Source of the DNA: Candidatus Nanopelagicales bacterium
Lineage (GTDB): Bacteria > Actinomycetota > Actinomycetes > S36-B12
Direction of reading: 5' to 3'
Length of the DNA stretch: 64,000 bases
Assembly: GCA_028687755.1 (NCBI GenBank)
Contig: JAQTZL010000002.1
Span: forward strand, 148,459 to 212,458
The position numbers were made by a program, and so were the translations under genes. Under the pieces are notes generated by a model. The model was not told where the DNA came from. It searched no databases and worked only from the letters and a program-made list of their open reading frames with translations. Positions 34,769-44,112 of the stretch are shown here, piece after piece. Numbering within the stretch: position 1 is the stretch's first letter; every line of letters starts with the position of its first letter.

Positions 34769-35737
34769 ATGCGTGCATTGGTCTGTGAGCAATATGGTCC
34801 GCCATCAAGTTTGGTACTCAAAGAGCTACCGGATCCTGTTGCCGGCCCAGATGATGCGGTGGTTGCGGTTCGTGCAGCGGGGATTAATTTCCCCGACTTA
34901 CTGATCATTGAAAATCTGTATCAAGTTTCCATTCCTACGCCGTTCATCCCTGGCAGTGAGTTTGCTGGTGTTGTACTTTCAGTTGGCTCAAACGTCACGA
35001 ATGTTCAACCCGGTGACTTAGTGATGGGTGGATCCTTCGTTGGCTGTTTTGCTGAACAAATTTCAGTGAAGGCGTCATCACTCAAACCGATACCAACAGG
35101 GCTCAGCCTGCATCAGGCCGCTGCTTTTAGTGTTACCTATCGCACCGCCTACCACGCCCTTGTCACCATCGGTGAACTCAAGGCAGGGGACTGGGTAGTT
35201 GTGCTTGGTGCTGCTGGTGGTGTGGGTACAGCAAGTGTGGATATCGCTACACGTTTGGGCGCGAAAGTAATTGCAGTTGCTTCTAGCGACGAGCGCCTGC
35301 GTGTATGTGAAGAACTCGGCGCTGTCGCCGGCATCAACTACACCAAAGAGAATCTCAAGGATCGCATCAAATCAATTACCGGCTCAGGTGCTGATCTGAT
35401 CATCGACCCAGTTGGCGGAAGTTACGCCGAAGAGTCATTTCGCGCGATTGCCTGGGGTGGGCGCTTTGTTGTGGTGGGATTCGCCGATGGTGAGATTCCA
35501 AAGATTCCTTTGAATTTGCCGTTGTTGAAAGGTGGCATCATCAAGGGTTTTGAAATCCGCACTGTTGCTGAGCATTTGCCTCAAGAGGTCGCTGAAGGCG
35601 ACGCAAAACTTGATGAGATGACTCAAGGTGGATTAGCGCCGCATATCTCCAAAGTCTTTAGGCTTGAAGATGCCAGAGAAGCTCTGGAATTTATTGCAAC
35701 ACGTCAGTCAACCGGCAAAGTGCTTATTTGCCCGTAA
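34769..35737 (+). CDS. NADPH:quinone oxidoreductase / MDR zinc-type alcohol dehydrogenase family
   Basis: MRALVCEQYGPPSSL and VLGAAGGVGTASV. The track start 34715 lies inside the terminator hairpin. Confidence 0.85.
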   Translation: MRALVCEQYGPPSSLVLKELPDPVAGPDDAVVAVRAAGINFPDLLIIENLYQVSIPTPFIPGSEFAGVVLSVGSNVTNVQPGDLVMGGSFVGCFAEQISVKASSLKPIPTGLSLHQAAAFSVTYRTAYHALVTIGELKAGDWVVVLGAAGGVGTASVDIATRLGAKVIAVASSDERLRVCEELGAVAGINYTKENLKDRIKSITGSGADLIIDPVGGSYAEESFRAIAWGGRFVVVGFADGEIPKIPLNLPLLKGGIIKGFEIRTVAEHLPQEVAEGDAKLDEMTQGGLAPHISKVFRLEDAREALEFIATRQSTGKVLICP

Positions 35738-36530
35738 AGAGTTCAAGGCACTCATCGGGAAAGTCGAGCATGAGGTGATGTCCTCCACCTTCAATTGCAA
35801 TCACATCCACATCAGTGGTCGCGATTTCAACAAAGTAATCAGCCTTATCTTTACCGGACACTGGGCTATCTGTGCCGTAGACGAATGTGACTGGCTGTTT
35901 GATCAACGGCACTCGTGAGTTGATGTATTCGTCATACGGCTCAGTGATAGTGCTCCAGTCATGACGCCATGACCACCCCTGATCACGCTCCACTACTGAA
36001 TATTCAGCAACAGGCAAGAGCACATCCATGCCAGGTTCAGGCTGGGCCGGAACTAAGCGAAAGCGAGCAAGTGCATCTTCCTTTGTTGCGTAGTACTTAG
36101 GAGTGAGAAGTGGCTTGCGATCTGAATACATCGCAATTTCTTCAGGGGAGCGGATATTGCCATCAATCATGATGAGTTCACGTACAAGTTCTGGATTATT
36201 TGCTGTTAACGCCAAAGCTACGCGCGACCCCATACTGTGGCCGGCAACCAGTGCTGGTTCGTTGCATTCCGTTCGCAAAATTTCAGCGAGCTCATTTGCC
36301 CAGATCTCAACGGTGTATCGCTCGCGGTGATCACTGAAACCGTGGCCGGTGAGATCAACGGTGATGACGCGCCAATCCTTTTGCAAGGCATCGAACATTC
36401 GATAGAACCAAAGTTGATGCGCGCCTGCGCCATGTACGAGTAAAAGATCACGGGTGCCCTGGCCATTAACGGCGTAGCGCACAGTTGCTCCTTCGACCAC
36501 AACGCTGCGGTCTAGTTCATAGTTCGTCAT
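35724..36530 (-). CDS. alpha/beta-fold hydrolase
   Basis: LLVHGAGAHQLWF and nucleophile GHSMGS. ATG 36530 forms an ATGA overlap with the TetR stop. Confidence 0.8.
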   Translation of the reverse strand: MTNYELDRSVVVEGATVRYAVNGQGTRDLLLVHGAGAHQLWFYRMFDALQKDWRVITVDLTGHGFSDHRERYTVEIWANELAEILRTECNEPALVAGHSMGSRVALALTANNPELVRELIMIDGNIRSPEEIAMYSDRKPLLTPKYYATKEDALARFRLVPAQPEPGMDVLLPVAEYSVVERDQGWSWRHDWSTITEPYDEYINSRVPLIKQPVTFVYGTDSPVSGKDKADYFVEIATTDVDVIAIEGGGHHLMLDFPDECLELFTGK

Positions 36531-37174
36531 TGAGTTGTGTTGATTCCTCGTAAGCAAAAGTCAACGAGGCGATCGCTGTCTTCTTGGGTTGGGCTGGTGT
36601 GTGCGTTCATATGGGTGCGCATGGTTCCCATGGATGTTTCTCGGATGAGCGCTGCGTCGCGCACTGGATCGGAACTGCCGAGTTGTGTCAAAGGTTCGAT
36701 GAGCAAATCTTGCAAGGCGATCGTTGCTTCCTGGGATTGCGAATCAATGCCACCGCTATTCACCGCAAAAATTTCAGCGACGGCTGCGCCTTGTCGAGCT
36801 GCAATTTGGTGCGTGGCTTGTGTCAAAATTCCGCGAATCCATAGGTCAATCTTTTTGGCAGGATCGTCGACCTTGGACATGCGATGGTCCAGATATGCGT
36901 GTACTCGGCGCAGGCCGCGGGCCATGACGGCCTGCATGAGATCGTCTTTACCGTTGAAATATCGGTAGAAAGCTTGGTTCGAAGTTCCAGCTTCAGCCAC
37001 GATGTCTGCGACTCGAGGGGCGGATGGAGCAGAAAGCTCGGCAACCTTGAGAGCGGCATCCAAAATGGCTTCAACATCGCGCACGGCATCGTCGCGCAGT
37101 GGCTTCAGGGCCCGATCAACCGCTTGTTCTACGGGATCATCAGCAGCGGTGGACACTGCCCAATTATGGGGCAT
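36527..37174 (-). CDS. TetR family transcriptional regulator
   Basis: HTH VADIVAEAGTSNQAFYRYFNGKDDL. Confidence 0.85.
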   Translation of the reverse strand: MPHNWAVSTAADDPVEQAVDRALKPLRDDAVRDVEAILDAALKVAELSAPSAPRVADIVAEAGTSNQAFYRYFNGKDDLMQAVMARGLRRVHAYLDHRMSKVDDPAKKIDLWIRGILTQATHQIAARQGAAVAEIFAVNSGGIDSQSQEATIALQDLLIEPLTQLGSSDPVRDAALIRETSMGTMRTHMNAHTSPTQEDSDRLVDFCLRGINTTQ

Positions 37175-37252
37175 TTGGGAGCAGTTCGGACGGGAATAGA
37201 TTTGCCCTTGAGATAGTTGAATGATAAACTACTTTCAACGAAAGGACCTCCC

Positions 37253-38221
37253 ATGGCCGCCATCACCGCAGATCCCCTGACCCTTCCACGCCTTGCTGTT
37301 GCATCCCCAGTGGCTGAGCAGCGTCAGGTCAAAACTGTTGTCACCGCACCCCAGGCCTTTGAGGGCGAAGGCTTCCCGGTGAAGCGTGCCTTTTTTGGTC
37401 TCAGTCAGGCTGACCTTGACCCGTTCATTCACATGGATCAAATGGGTGAAGTTGAATACGCGCCAGGTGAACCAAAAGGCACTCCATGGCACCCACACCG
37501 TGGCTTTGAAACCTTCACCTATCTCATTGATGGCCAGTTCATTCACCAAGATTCCAATGGCGGTGGCGGACTCATCCTTGATGGCGGTACGCAGTACATG
37601 ACAGCCGGCAATGGCCTTTTGCATATTGAAACTCCGCCAGCTGCGCTCGTAGAAGCTGGAGGGTTGTTCCACGGATTGCAGTTGTGGATCAACTTGCCCC
37701 GCGCGAAAAAGCGCATTGATCCGCAATACCAAGATCTTCAGGGCAAGGATTCAGCGCTGATTACCAGTGCTGATGGTGGGGCAATTCTTCGTGTGCTTGC
37801 TGGTGAAGTTGCTGGTCACAAAGGCCCAGGTATTTCACACACGCCGCTATCGATCGCTCACCTCACCCTTGCACCTGGTGCGCAGATTGATATTCCATGG
37901 AGCCCAACGTTCAACTCGATCGTCTACGCACTTGCAGGTCAAGGCACTGTTGGCTTAGAGCAGCGCCCATTGCATTCAGGTCAAACTGCAGTGATGGTTT
38001 ACGGAGATACCTTGCGCATCACGGCCAGTGAAACTCAGGAATCACGTTCACCAAACTTTGAACTCTTCATCATTGGTGGTGAACCACTTCGTGAGCCTGT
38101 GGTTGCATACGGTCCATTTGTGATGAGCACCAAAGAAGAAATCGTCGAAGCCTTCGAAGATTTCCAAGCTGGCAAGTTGGGTGTCATTCCCGCAAACGCG
38201 ATTCAGCCTCACCGGGCTTAG
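37253..38221 (+). CDS. pirin family protein (bicupin)
   Basis: PWHPHRGFETFTYLIDG metal-site motif. AAAGGA SD before ATG 37253. Confidence 0.9.
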   Translation: MAAITADPLTLPRLAVASPVAEQRQVKTVVTAPQAFEGEGFPVKRAFFGLSQADLDPFIHMDQMGEVEYAPGEPKGTPWHPHRGFETFTYLIDGQFIHQDSNGGGGLILDGGTQYMTAGNGLLHIETPPAALVEAGGLFHGLQLWINLPRAKKRIDPQYQDLQGKDSALITSADGGAILRVLAGEVAGHKGPGISHTPLSIAHLTLAPGAQIDIPWSPTFNSIVYALAGQGTVGLEQRPLHSGQTAVMVYGDTLRITASETQESRSPNFELFIIGGEPLREPVVAYGPFVMSTKEEIVEAFEDFQAGKLGVIPANAIQPHRA

Positions 38222-38223
38222 CG

Positions 38224-39150
38224 ATGAATCAAGTAGAACTTCTCAAGCCTTGGGAAGTCGCGCTTGGGCCAGATGAAGGCTTGCCGGTTCGTCGAACGTT
38301 GCCCACCCGCCGTCGTTCACTCATTGGTGGATGGTGCTTCATTGACCATTTCGGCCCGCAGGAAGTCAGCCTTGGAAAAGGTATGCAGGTTGGCCCGCAT
38401 CCGCATACGCAGTTACAAACGGCAAGTTGGTTGTTTTCCGGCGTTATTGAACATCGCGATAGTGCCGGAAATGTTGCAGTAGTGCGACCAGGCGAACTCA
38501 ATCTCATGACTGCGGGCAAAGGCATTAGTCATTCGGAGCGTTCCTTGCCGGAGAGCAGTGAACTTCATGGGGTTCAGTTGTGGGTTGCTTTGCCGAGCAC
38601 AGCGCGATTCGCTAATCCGGGGTTCGAACATTTCATTCCGGATGTCACTGCGTTTACTGGTGGAACTGCGCAGGTGTTCTTGGGGGAGTTGCTCGGTTCG
38701 AAATCACCGGTTGCCACTCATTCGCCGCTAGTTGGTGCTGAATTGCGAGTCGATTCAGGAACATCTATTGAGTTAGCGGTCAATCCAACTCATGAGCATG
38801 GCCTGCTTGTGGATCGCGGTGATGTTGCATTGAACGGTGAAGCCGTGCCAGTACATCATCTTGGTTATCTAGCACCCGGATATTTAACTGTAACGATTAC
38901 TGCTGAGAGTGATGCACGGTTGTTACTCATCGGCGGTGAACCACTGGGTGAAGAAATCGTGATGTGGTGGAACTTCATTGGTCGAAGCCATGAAGAGATC
39001 GTTGAATATCACCGATTGTGGCAAGCAGAAAACATGAACTTCACGACGCAGCCTGCGGATCATCCATTTTTTGGTTGGCCAAAAGGAGAAGGTCAGGAAC
39101 CAATCTTGGCTCCTGACCTTCCACCCGTACGTTTAAAAACTCGCAGCTAG
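38224..39150 (+). CDS. pirin family protein, second copy
   Basis: GPHPHTQLQTASWLFSGVIEHRDSAG. Starts 2 nt after the first pirin stop. Confidence 0.85.
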   Translation: MNQVELLKPWEVALGPDEGLPVRRTLPTRRRSLIGGWCFIDHFGPQEVSLGKGMQVGPHPHTQLQTASWLFSGVIEHRDSAGNVAVVRPGELNLMTAGKGISHSERSLPESSELHGVQLWVALPSTARFANPGFEHFIPDVTAFTGGTAQVFLGELLGSKSPVATHSPLVGAELRVDSGTSIELAVNPTHEHGLLVDRGDVALNGEAVPVHHLGYLAPGYLTVTITAESDARLLLIGGEPLGEEIVMWWNFIGRSHEEIVEYHRLWQAENMNFTTQPADHPFFGWPKGEGQEPILAPDLPPVRLKTRS

Positions 39151-40365
39151 TTACTTCTTCTTGCCCGCTAGGAAAACCTTTGCGCCAGGAAGCTGAGCCT
39201 TTGGTAAGCCGAGCACGTGCTGCGCGATGATCGTGCGGAAAACCTCAACAGTTCCCCCATAGGTAGCAGTTCCTTGAGCAAAGCGATGTGCGTATTCAAT
39301 ATCGCCGATACCGATGGACCCTTCAGTATTCATGGGAAGAAGCCCCACTGTTCCCACGAGATCTTGAAGTTGTGCGGCGTTTTTCACCAGAACGTCGGAT
39401 GCTTTAACGCGACCCATGGGGCCTGGTGTGCTGATGCCAGCTTCGTAATCAACCATTGCGGCACCTAGGCGTTCGCGAACACGAATGTCTTTCGCGAGCA
39501 GTTCGCCATCGGCGTTTGTGTTTTTATTCGCCCAGGTCGCAACTTCATTCATTGAGGCGCCAAGAACCCGACACATGCCGGTTCCCACTGACACGTCAGT
39601 CAGGCCACCATTCATGTCAAGCCCAATGCTGTGTTCTTCATCAAGGGGACCATGGAGAACCGTCCAGCCATTATTTTCCCCACCTACGCGCATGGAGTCA
39701 CTCACCTGAACATCTTCGTAATACACGATGTTGGTGCGCTCACCACTGAAGGTGCGAATGGCTTGAATGGTGACGCCCTCTGATTTCAAGGGCACCAAAA
39801 ACATGGTGATGCCCTTGTGCTTTGGTGCTTCTGGATCAGTGCGGGTAATCAAGAAGGTGTAAGTAGAGATATGTGCACCAGTTGTCCACATCTTGGAACC
39901 GTTGATGGTCCACATGTCGCCATCGCGAACAGCCCGAACTTTCGCGTTGGCGATATCAGATCCACCATCTGGCTCTGAGTAGCCAAGGCACATCACAGCT
40001 CGGCCAGCTGCGCATTCTTTAAGGATGGGATCGGCAATAACAGGATCCATGTATTTGCGTACTGCGGCCATCGGGAGAGATGACGTTCCTTGCATCATCA
40101 TCACTCGTGCATCTTGACGAATGAGTTCCAGTTCCATGATGCGCTTTTGCACTGGGCTGAAGCCGGCGCCGCCTTGTTCAACGGGTAGTTCTGGATAAAG
40201 CCAGCCACGTGCACCAAGGGCTTCATACACCTTGGGGTTGAATCCACTACCTGTTTCATGTTCAAGTTGGAATACGTCGGGGGTGAAAATTTCAGCGAGG
40301 AAGCTGCGAATCTCCTGCTGCAAGGCGCGGTCTTCTGCACTGAGTTCTACGAGTCCGAAATCCAT
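39151..40365 (-). CDS. acyl-CoA dehydrogenase family protein (larger subunit of an adjacent pair)
   Basis: ACAD blocks GYSEPDGGSDIA, WTINGSKMWTT and C-terminal TYGGTVEVFRTIIA. Confidence 0.85.
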   Translation of the reverse strand: MDFGLVELSAEDRALQQEIRSFLAEIFTPDVFQLEHETGSGFNPKVYEALGARGWLYPELPVEQGGAGFSPVQKRIMELELIRQDARVMMMQGTSSLPMAAVRKYMDPVIADPILKECAAGRAVMCLGYSEPDGGSDIANAKVRAVRDGDMWTINGSKMWTTGAHISTYTFLITRTDPEAPKHKGITMFLVPLKSEGVTIQAIRTFSGERTNIVYYEDVQVSDSMRVGGENNGWTVLHGPLDEEHSIGLDMNGGLTDVSVGTGMCRVLGASMNEVATWANKNTNADGELLAKDIRVRERLGAAMVDYEAGISTPGPMGRVKASDVLVKNAAQLQDLVGTVGLLPMNTEGSIGIGDIEYAHRFAQGTATYGGTVEVFRTIIAQHVLGLPKAQLPGAKVFLAGKKK

Positions 40366-40391
40366 GGGAGTCTCCTTTTCTTATTCGTAAA

Positions 40392-41441
40392 CTACTTGAC
40401 CGAAGCCAAGACGCTGTCGCCAATAGATGCCAAATGTGCACTTGGATCGCCGGCAATTGAGCCCCAACCCTTTGCGCGTAGGAAGTACATGCTGATGTCG
40501 TTTTCGACAGTGAAGCCAAGGCCGCCTTGTAGGTGTGCTGCTTGTTGCGTGCCATGGGTTGCGGTGTTTGACGCATAGACAAGTGCAATGGCAGGAAGTT
40601 CTGGTCGTTCGTTAGGAGCAAAGTCCAGGTACCACGCAGCCTTGCGAGCGATATTGCGGGCACCTGCAATGTTCGTAGCGATATCAGTGAGCGGAAATGC
40701 CACGCCTTGCAGAGTTGCAATGAGCACGCCCATGGTTTCGCGGGTCTTCGTGAACTCCACCGTGAGTCCAAGTGCGTATTCAGTAATGCCTACGAGTGCA
40801 GCCGCCGTAAGCACCATGCGTTCATCATGTGCGCGGGTATAGATGCGATGAGCTTCAGTTCCAGTTGCAATGACTGTGCGCTGAGTGACTGAATCGAAAT
40901 CCCACCAAGCAAGCGGGGTTGAACCTTGATTAGCAACATGGGCAAACGGGGTGTCTGCGCTCAACAACACGAGATTGTCGCCGACTAGAGCGATCACATC
41001 GCGAGCAATTGCTCCCGCAGGAACCAATTGCTTTGCACCGGCAACAACAGGAGCACTAGCCAGAGCAATGATGCGAGAGCCATCTGCGGCACCAGCAAGA
41101 ACTTCTGCAACCGCATCATTTTCGGCTGCTGCAAGAGCTCGGGACGCAACGATGTGCTCGATGAACGGCACAGGTGCGATTGCTCGGCCAAACTCTTCAG
41201 CAACAAGTTCAAGTTCAACCATGCCGGCACCATCGCCGCCTGCAGATTCAGGCAGCCCCATGGTGGTGGTGCCCATTTCTACGAGGCGATCCCACAATCC
41301 TTGATCAAACCCAAGTGGTTGCGATGCGCGCACGAGCGAGGTTGGGCACTGATCGGAAAAGAAATCACCAAAGGCAACGAGCACCTCTTGGCTGACTTCT
41401 TCCAGGGTGTAGTCATTTCGGCGTAGTTCAACAAGATCCAC
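40392..41441 (-). CDS. acyl-CoA dehydrogenase family protein (shorter subunit of an adjacent pair)
   Basis: 349 aa. ACAD C-terminal domain LQGGLGFTVENDISMYFLRAK. GTG start preceded by GGAGGA. Confidence 0.8.
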   Translation of the reverse strand: MDLVELRRNDYTLEEVSQEVLVAFGDFFSDQCPTSLVRASQPLGFDQGLWDRLVEMGTTTMGLPESAGGDGAGMVELELVAEEFGRAIAPVPFIEHIVASRALAAAENDAVAEVLAGAADGSRIIALASAPVVAGAKQLVPAGAIARDVIALVGDNLVLLSADTPFAHVANQGSTPLAWWDFDSVTQRTVIATGTEAHRIYTRAHDERMVLTAAALVGITEYALGLTVEFTKTRETMGVLIATLQGVAFPLTDIATNIAGARNIARKAAWYLDFAPNERPELPAIALVYASNTATHGTQQAAHLQGGLGFTVENDISMYFLRAKGWGSIAGDPSAHLASIGDSVLASVK

Positions 41442-41488
41442 GAAAATCCTCCATCAGTACTCGCCCCCAATTGTGGTGGACGGATGGC

Positions 41489-42187
41489 CTATGTGCGTGT
41501 GGTTTGCAAAAGGCGCAGGGCAAGGATCTCAATGAGCGCTGATTCCGCAAAGAGTGGGGTCGTTGATTTCAGGCTAAGGGATTGCGCTGCAGCGCTCACT
41601 TGATCGGCCAAGACGCCAGGGAAGAGGGTGAAGGTTGCCATGTGTGGCGCAAGCCCGGTTCGAGCCTGAAGTTCCAGCGCAGCGGTCTTCAAGAATTCAC
41701 CAGACTCGGATGCCGCCGCAGCGACAACTTCGCGGCCAGTGGCCTGCATCCAGGCGGCAACTAAATCTCGCATTGCATCTTGGGCCTGCTGGCTTCGCCC
41801 ACTGGCCCAAGCCACGACCACTGGTGCAGCGTCGGGAATTTGGGCATCAAGAGCTAAAGCCAGGGATAGATCTAGGCCCACGGTTTCACCAACGGTGATG
41901 GCCAGGCGACTGTCACGCTCAGCGGTGGTAACCGCGGCGGGAATGTCACGAAGTGCATGCGCAGCATTACTCAAAAGCAAAGGAAGCACGACAACTTCTT
42001 GGAGTGACCCAGCATCGCGTTCTCGACCAATTGCAGCGGTGAGTGTTGGCCAGTTGTGATCAAGATAAGCGGCTCGAACAATTGGACCATTGAGAGAAGT
42101 TTCAAGACGGGTTGCAACATCTTCAACAGCTGTGCTTGATCTTGGATCAGGGCTGCCGTGCGCCAGCAGAACTACTAAAGGCGACAT
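41489..42187 (-). CDS. sirB: CbiX/SirB-type sirohydrochlorin chelatase
   Basis: VVLLAHGSPDPRS N-terminus with a two-fold repeat architecture. Position is directly downstream of the siroheme/sulfite reductase genes. Confidence 0.7.
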   Translation of the reverse strand: MSPLVVLLAHGSPDPRSSTAVEDVATRLETSLNGPIVRAAYLDHNWPTLTAAIGRERDAGSLQEVVVLPLLLSNAAHALRDIPAAVTTAERDSRLAITVGETVGLDLSLALALDAQIPDAAPVVVAWASGRSQQAQDAMRDLVAAWMQATGREVVAAAASESGEFLKTAALELQARTGLAPHMATFTLFPGVLADQVSAAAQSLSLKSTTPLFAESALIEILALRLLQTTRT

Positions 42188-42190
42188 GAT

Positions 42191-43408
42191 CTATTGAATG
42201 CTGTTGGTGAATGATGGTTCGGCAGCAAGAAGATGAGGAACGGTCACAACATCTCCAATGACGATTACCGCTGGGTTAGTAACTCCAACATCAGAGGCAA
42301 TCGCGGCAATTGATTCCAAAGTTCCAACAGTTACGCGTTGTTGAGGCGTCGAAGCTTTTTCAATCAAGGCGACAGGTGTGGACGATGACTTTCCGCCAGC
42401 AATCAATCCAGTAGCGAGTGCAGGAAGGGTTGCAACGCCCATTAACACCACGAGTGTGAGATCAACTTGAGCCAGAGCAGTGAGATCGTTGAGTTGATGG
42501 CCTGTGATCACTGCATAGCCGTTGGCCAAGCCTCGGTGAGTGACGGGAATTCCTGCAGATGCTGGGCCTGCAACTGCCGAGCTAATGCCTGGAACCACAT
42601 CAACACTGACACCAGCATCTATGCACGCTTGCACTTCTTCTGATCCGCGACCAAACACAAAAGGATCGCCGCCCTTAAGTCGAACGACGCGCTTACCAAG
42701 CAGGGCACGATCAACAATCACGGCGTTGATTTCATCTTGATTCAGCGTGTGATGCCCTGGGCGCTTTCCGGCTTCGATGAGTTCAACATCTGGAGCCAAG
42801 GTTTCAAGAAGCGAGGTTGGTCCAAGGCGATCGAATACAACAACATCAGCTTTCGCCAGTTCGCGTCGCCCGCGAACAGTGATGAGTTCTGGGTCTCCTG
42901 GGCCGCCGCCAATGAGCACAACATGACCTTGGGTTGCGCGCACGCGACGAATTGGGAGCGCACCAACGGTGAGTTGGTCAGCAATTGCATCGCGAATTGC
43001 CGCTGCGCGGCGCGGATCAGCATTGGCAGTGACGGCAACAGTGACATCGTCAACACGTGTGGACGCAGGAGTCCAAGCTTGTGAGAGCAACGCTTGATCA
43101 GCACGAATGCACCACGTGCCTTGGGCATCCGCCTCAGCGGCGACGAGTTCATTCACATCGGCGAGGTTTGTTGTTGCATGCACCAGCCAAGCTCCAACGA
43201 GGTCGCCGGTTTCGAATGCACGACGATGCAGTTCTACTTGATGAACTTGTGCAAGTTCTTCAATGCGCTGATTGATCACAGGGGAGATCACCACAATGTG
43301 TGCGCCGGCTTCAATCAGAGACGTGATGCGTCGTGCTGCAACTGTTCCTGCACCAACCACCACAACACGCTTACCTGCGAGGTTGAGCGAAATTGGGTAA
43401 CTACTCAC
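42191..43408 (-). CDS. cysG: bifunctional siroheme-synthase-like protein: SirC-like NAD-binding domain plus uroporphyrinogen-III C-methyltransferase
   Basis: N-terminus LAGKRVVVVGAGTVAARR, then VVLIGGGPGDPELITVRG and VRLKGGDPFVFGRG. GTG 43408 forms a GTGA overlap with the cysH stop; ATG 43423 is the alternative. Confidence 0.8.
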   Translation of the reverse strand: MSSYPISLNLAGKRVVVVGAGTVAARRITSLIEAGAHIVVISPVINQRIEELAQVHQVELHRRAFETGDLVGAWLVHATTNLADVNELVAAEADAQGTWCIRADQALLSQAWTPASTRVDDVTVAVTANADPRRAAAIRDAIADQLTVGALPIRRVRATQGHVVLIGGGPGDPELITVRGRRELAKADVVVFDRLGPTSLLETLAPDVELIEAGKRPGHHTLNQDEINAVIVDRALLGKRVVRLKGGDPFVFGRGSEEVQACIDAGVSVDVVPGISSAVAGPASAGIPVTHRGLANGYAVITGHQLNDLTALAQVDLTLVVLMGVATLPALATGLIAGGKSSSTPVALIEKASTPQQRVTVGTLESIAAIASDVGVTNPAVIVIGDVVTVPHLLAAEPSFTNSIQ

Positions 43409-44112
43409 GTGTGCAACCCGCATTCGGTCTTTTCCTTGCCAGCCCAACGACCTGAGCGAGGATCTGCGCCAACTTCAACGCGAGCAGTGCAAGGAGCGCA
43501 ACCAATGGATGGGTATCCGGCGTACATCAGTGGATTAACAGGTACGTCATTTTCCAATGTGTAGCGAAGCAGATCCTCATCAGTCCAATTAAGGATTGGT
43601 GAAATCTTCAGAACACCACGCTTTTCGTCGAATTCAACAACTGGAACGTCTTCACGATGAGGAGCTGCTGCAATGCGTAGCCCTGTAATCCAAGCTTCGT
43701 AGCCCACAAGTGACTCTTCCATTGGCTCGACCTTGCGAAGTTTGCAGCAAAGATCTGGGTCGCGATCCCAAAGATTTTCACCGTACAACTCATCTTGTTC
43801 CTGCAAACTCATCACTGGGGTGATGGTGAGCAAGTTGATGTTGGTGCGAGCAACAAGATCATCGCGTGTTGTCAGTGTTTCTGGGAAGTGGTAGCCAGTA
43901 TCGAGGAAGACAACCGGAATCTCAGGTGCAGTTGCGGCAATGAGATGTGAAATTGTGGTGTTGGCCATTGCTTGGGTTGCAACGACGCGACCAGCAAATG
44001 AATCAGCTGCCCAGCGAATTACTTCAGCCGCATCCGCGCCCTGCAAGCCGGCAGTCGCGTAACGCGCAACTGCTTGCAGAACTCGTGCATCGCTGCGCTG
44101 GGCAATGCTCAT
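43405..44112 (-). CDS. cysH: adenylyl-sulfate / phosphoadenylyl-sulfate reductase (thioredoxin-dependent, Fe-S type)
   Basis: C-terminal KTECGLHT. Cys pairs CCKLRK and GCAPCT are typical of [4Fe-4S] APS reductases. Confidence 0.9.
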   Translation of the reverse strand: MSIAQRSDARVLQAVARYATAGLQGADAAEVIRWAADSFAGRVVATQAMANTTISHLIAATAPEIPVVFLDTGYHFPETLTTRDDLVARTNINLLTITPVMSLQEQDELYGENLWDRDPDLCCKLRKVEPMEESLVGYEAWITGLRIAAAPHREDVPVVEFDEKRGVLKISPILNWTDEDLLRYTLENDVPVNPLMYAGYPSIGCAPCTARVEVGADPRSGRWAGKEKTECGLHT

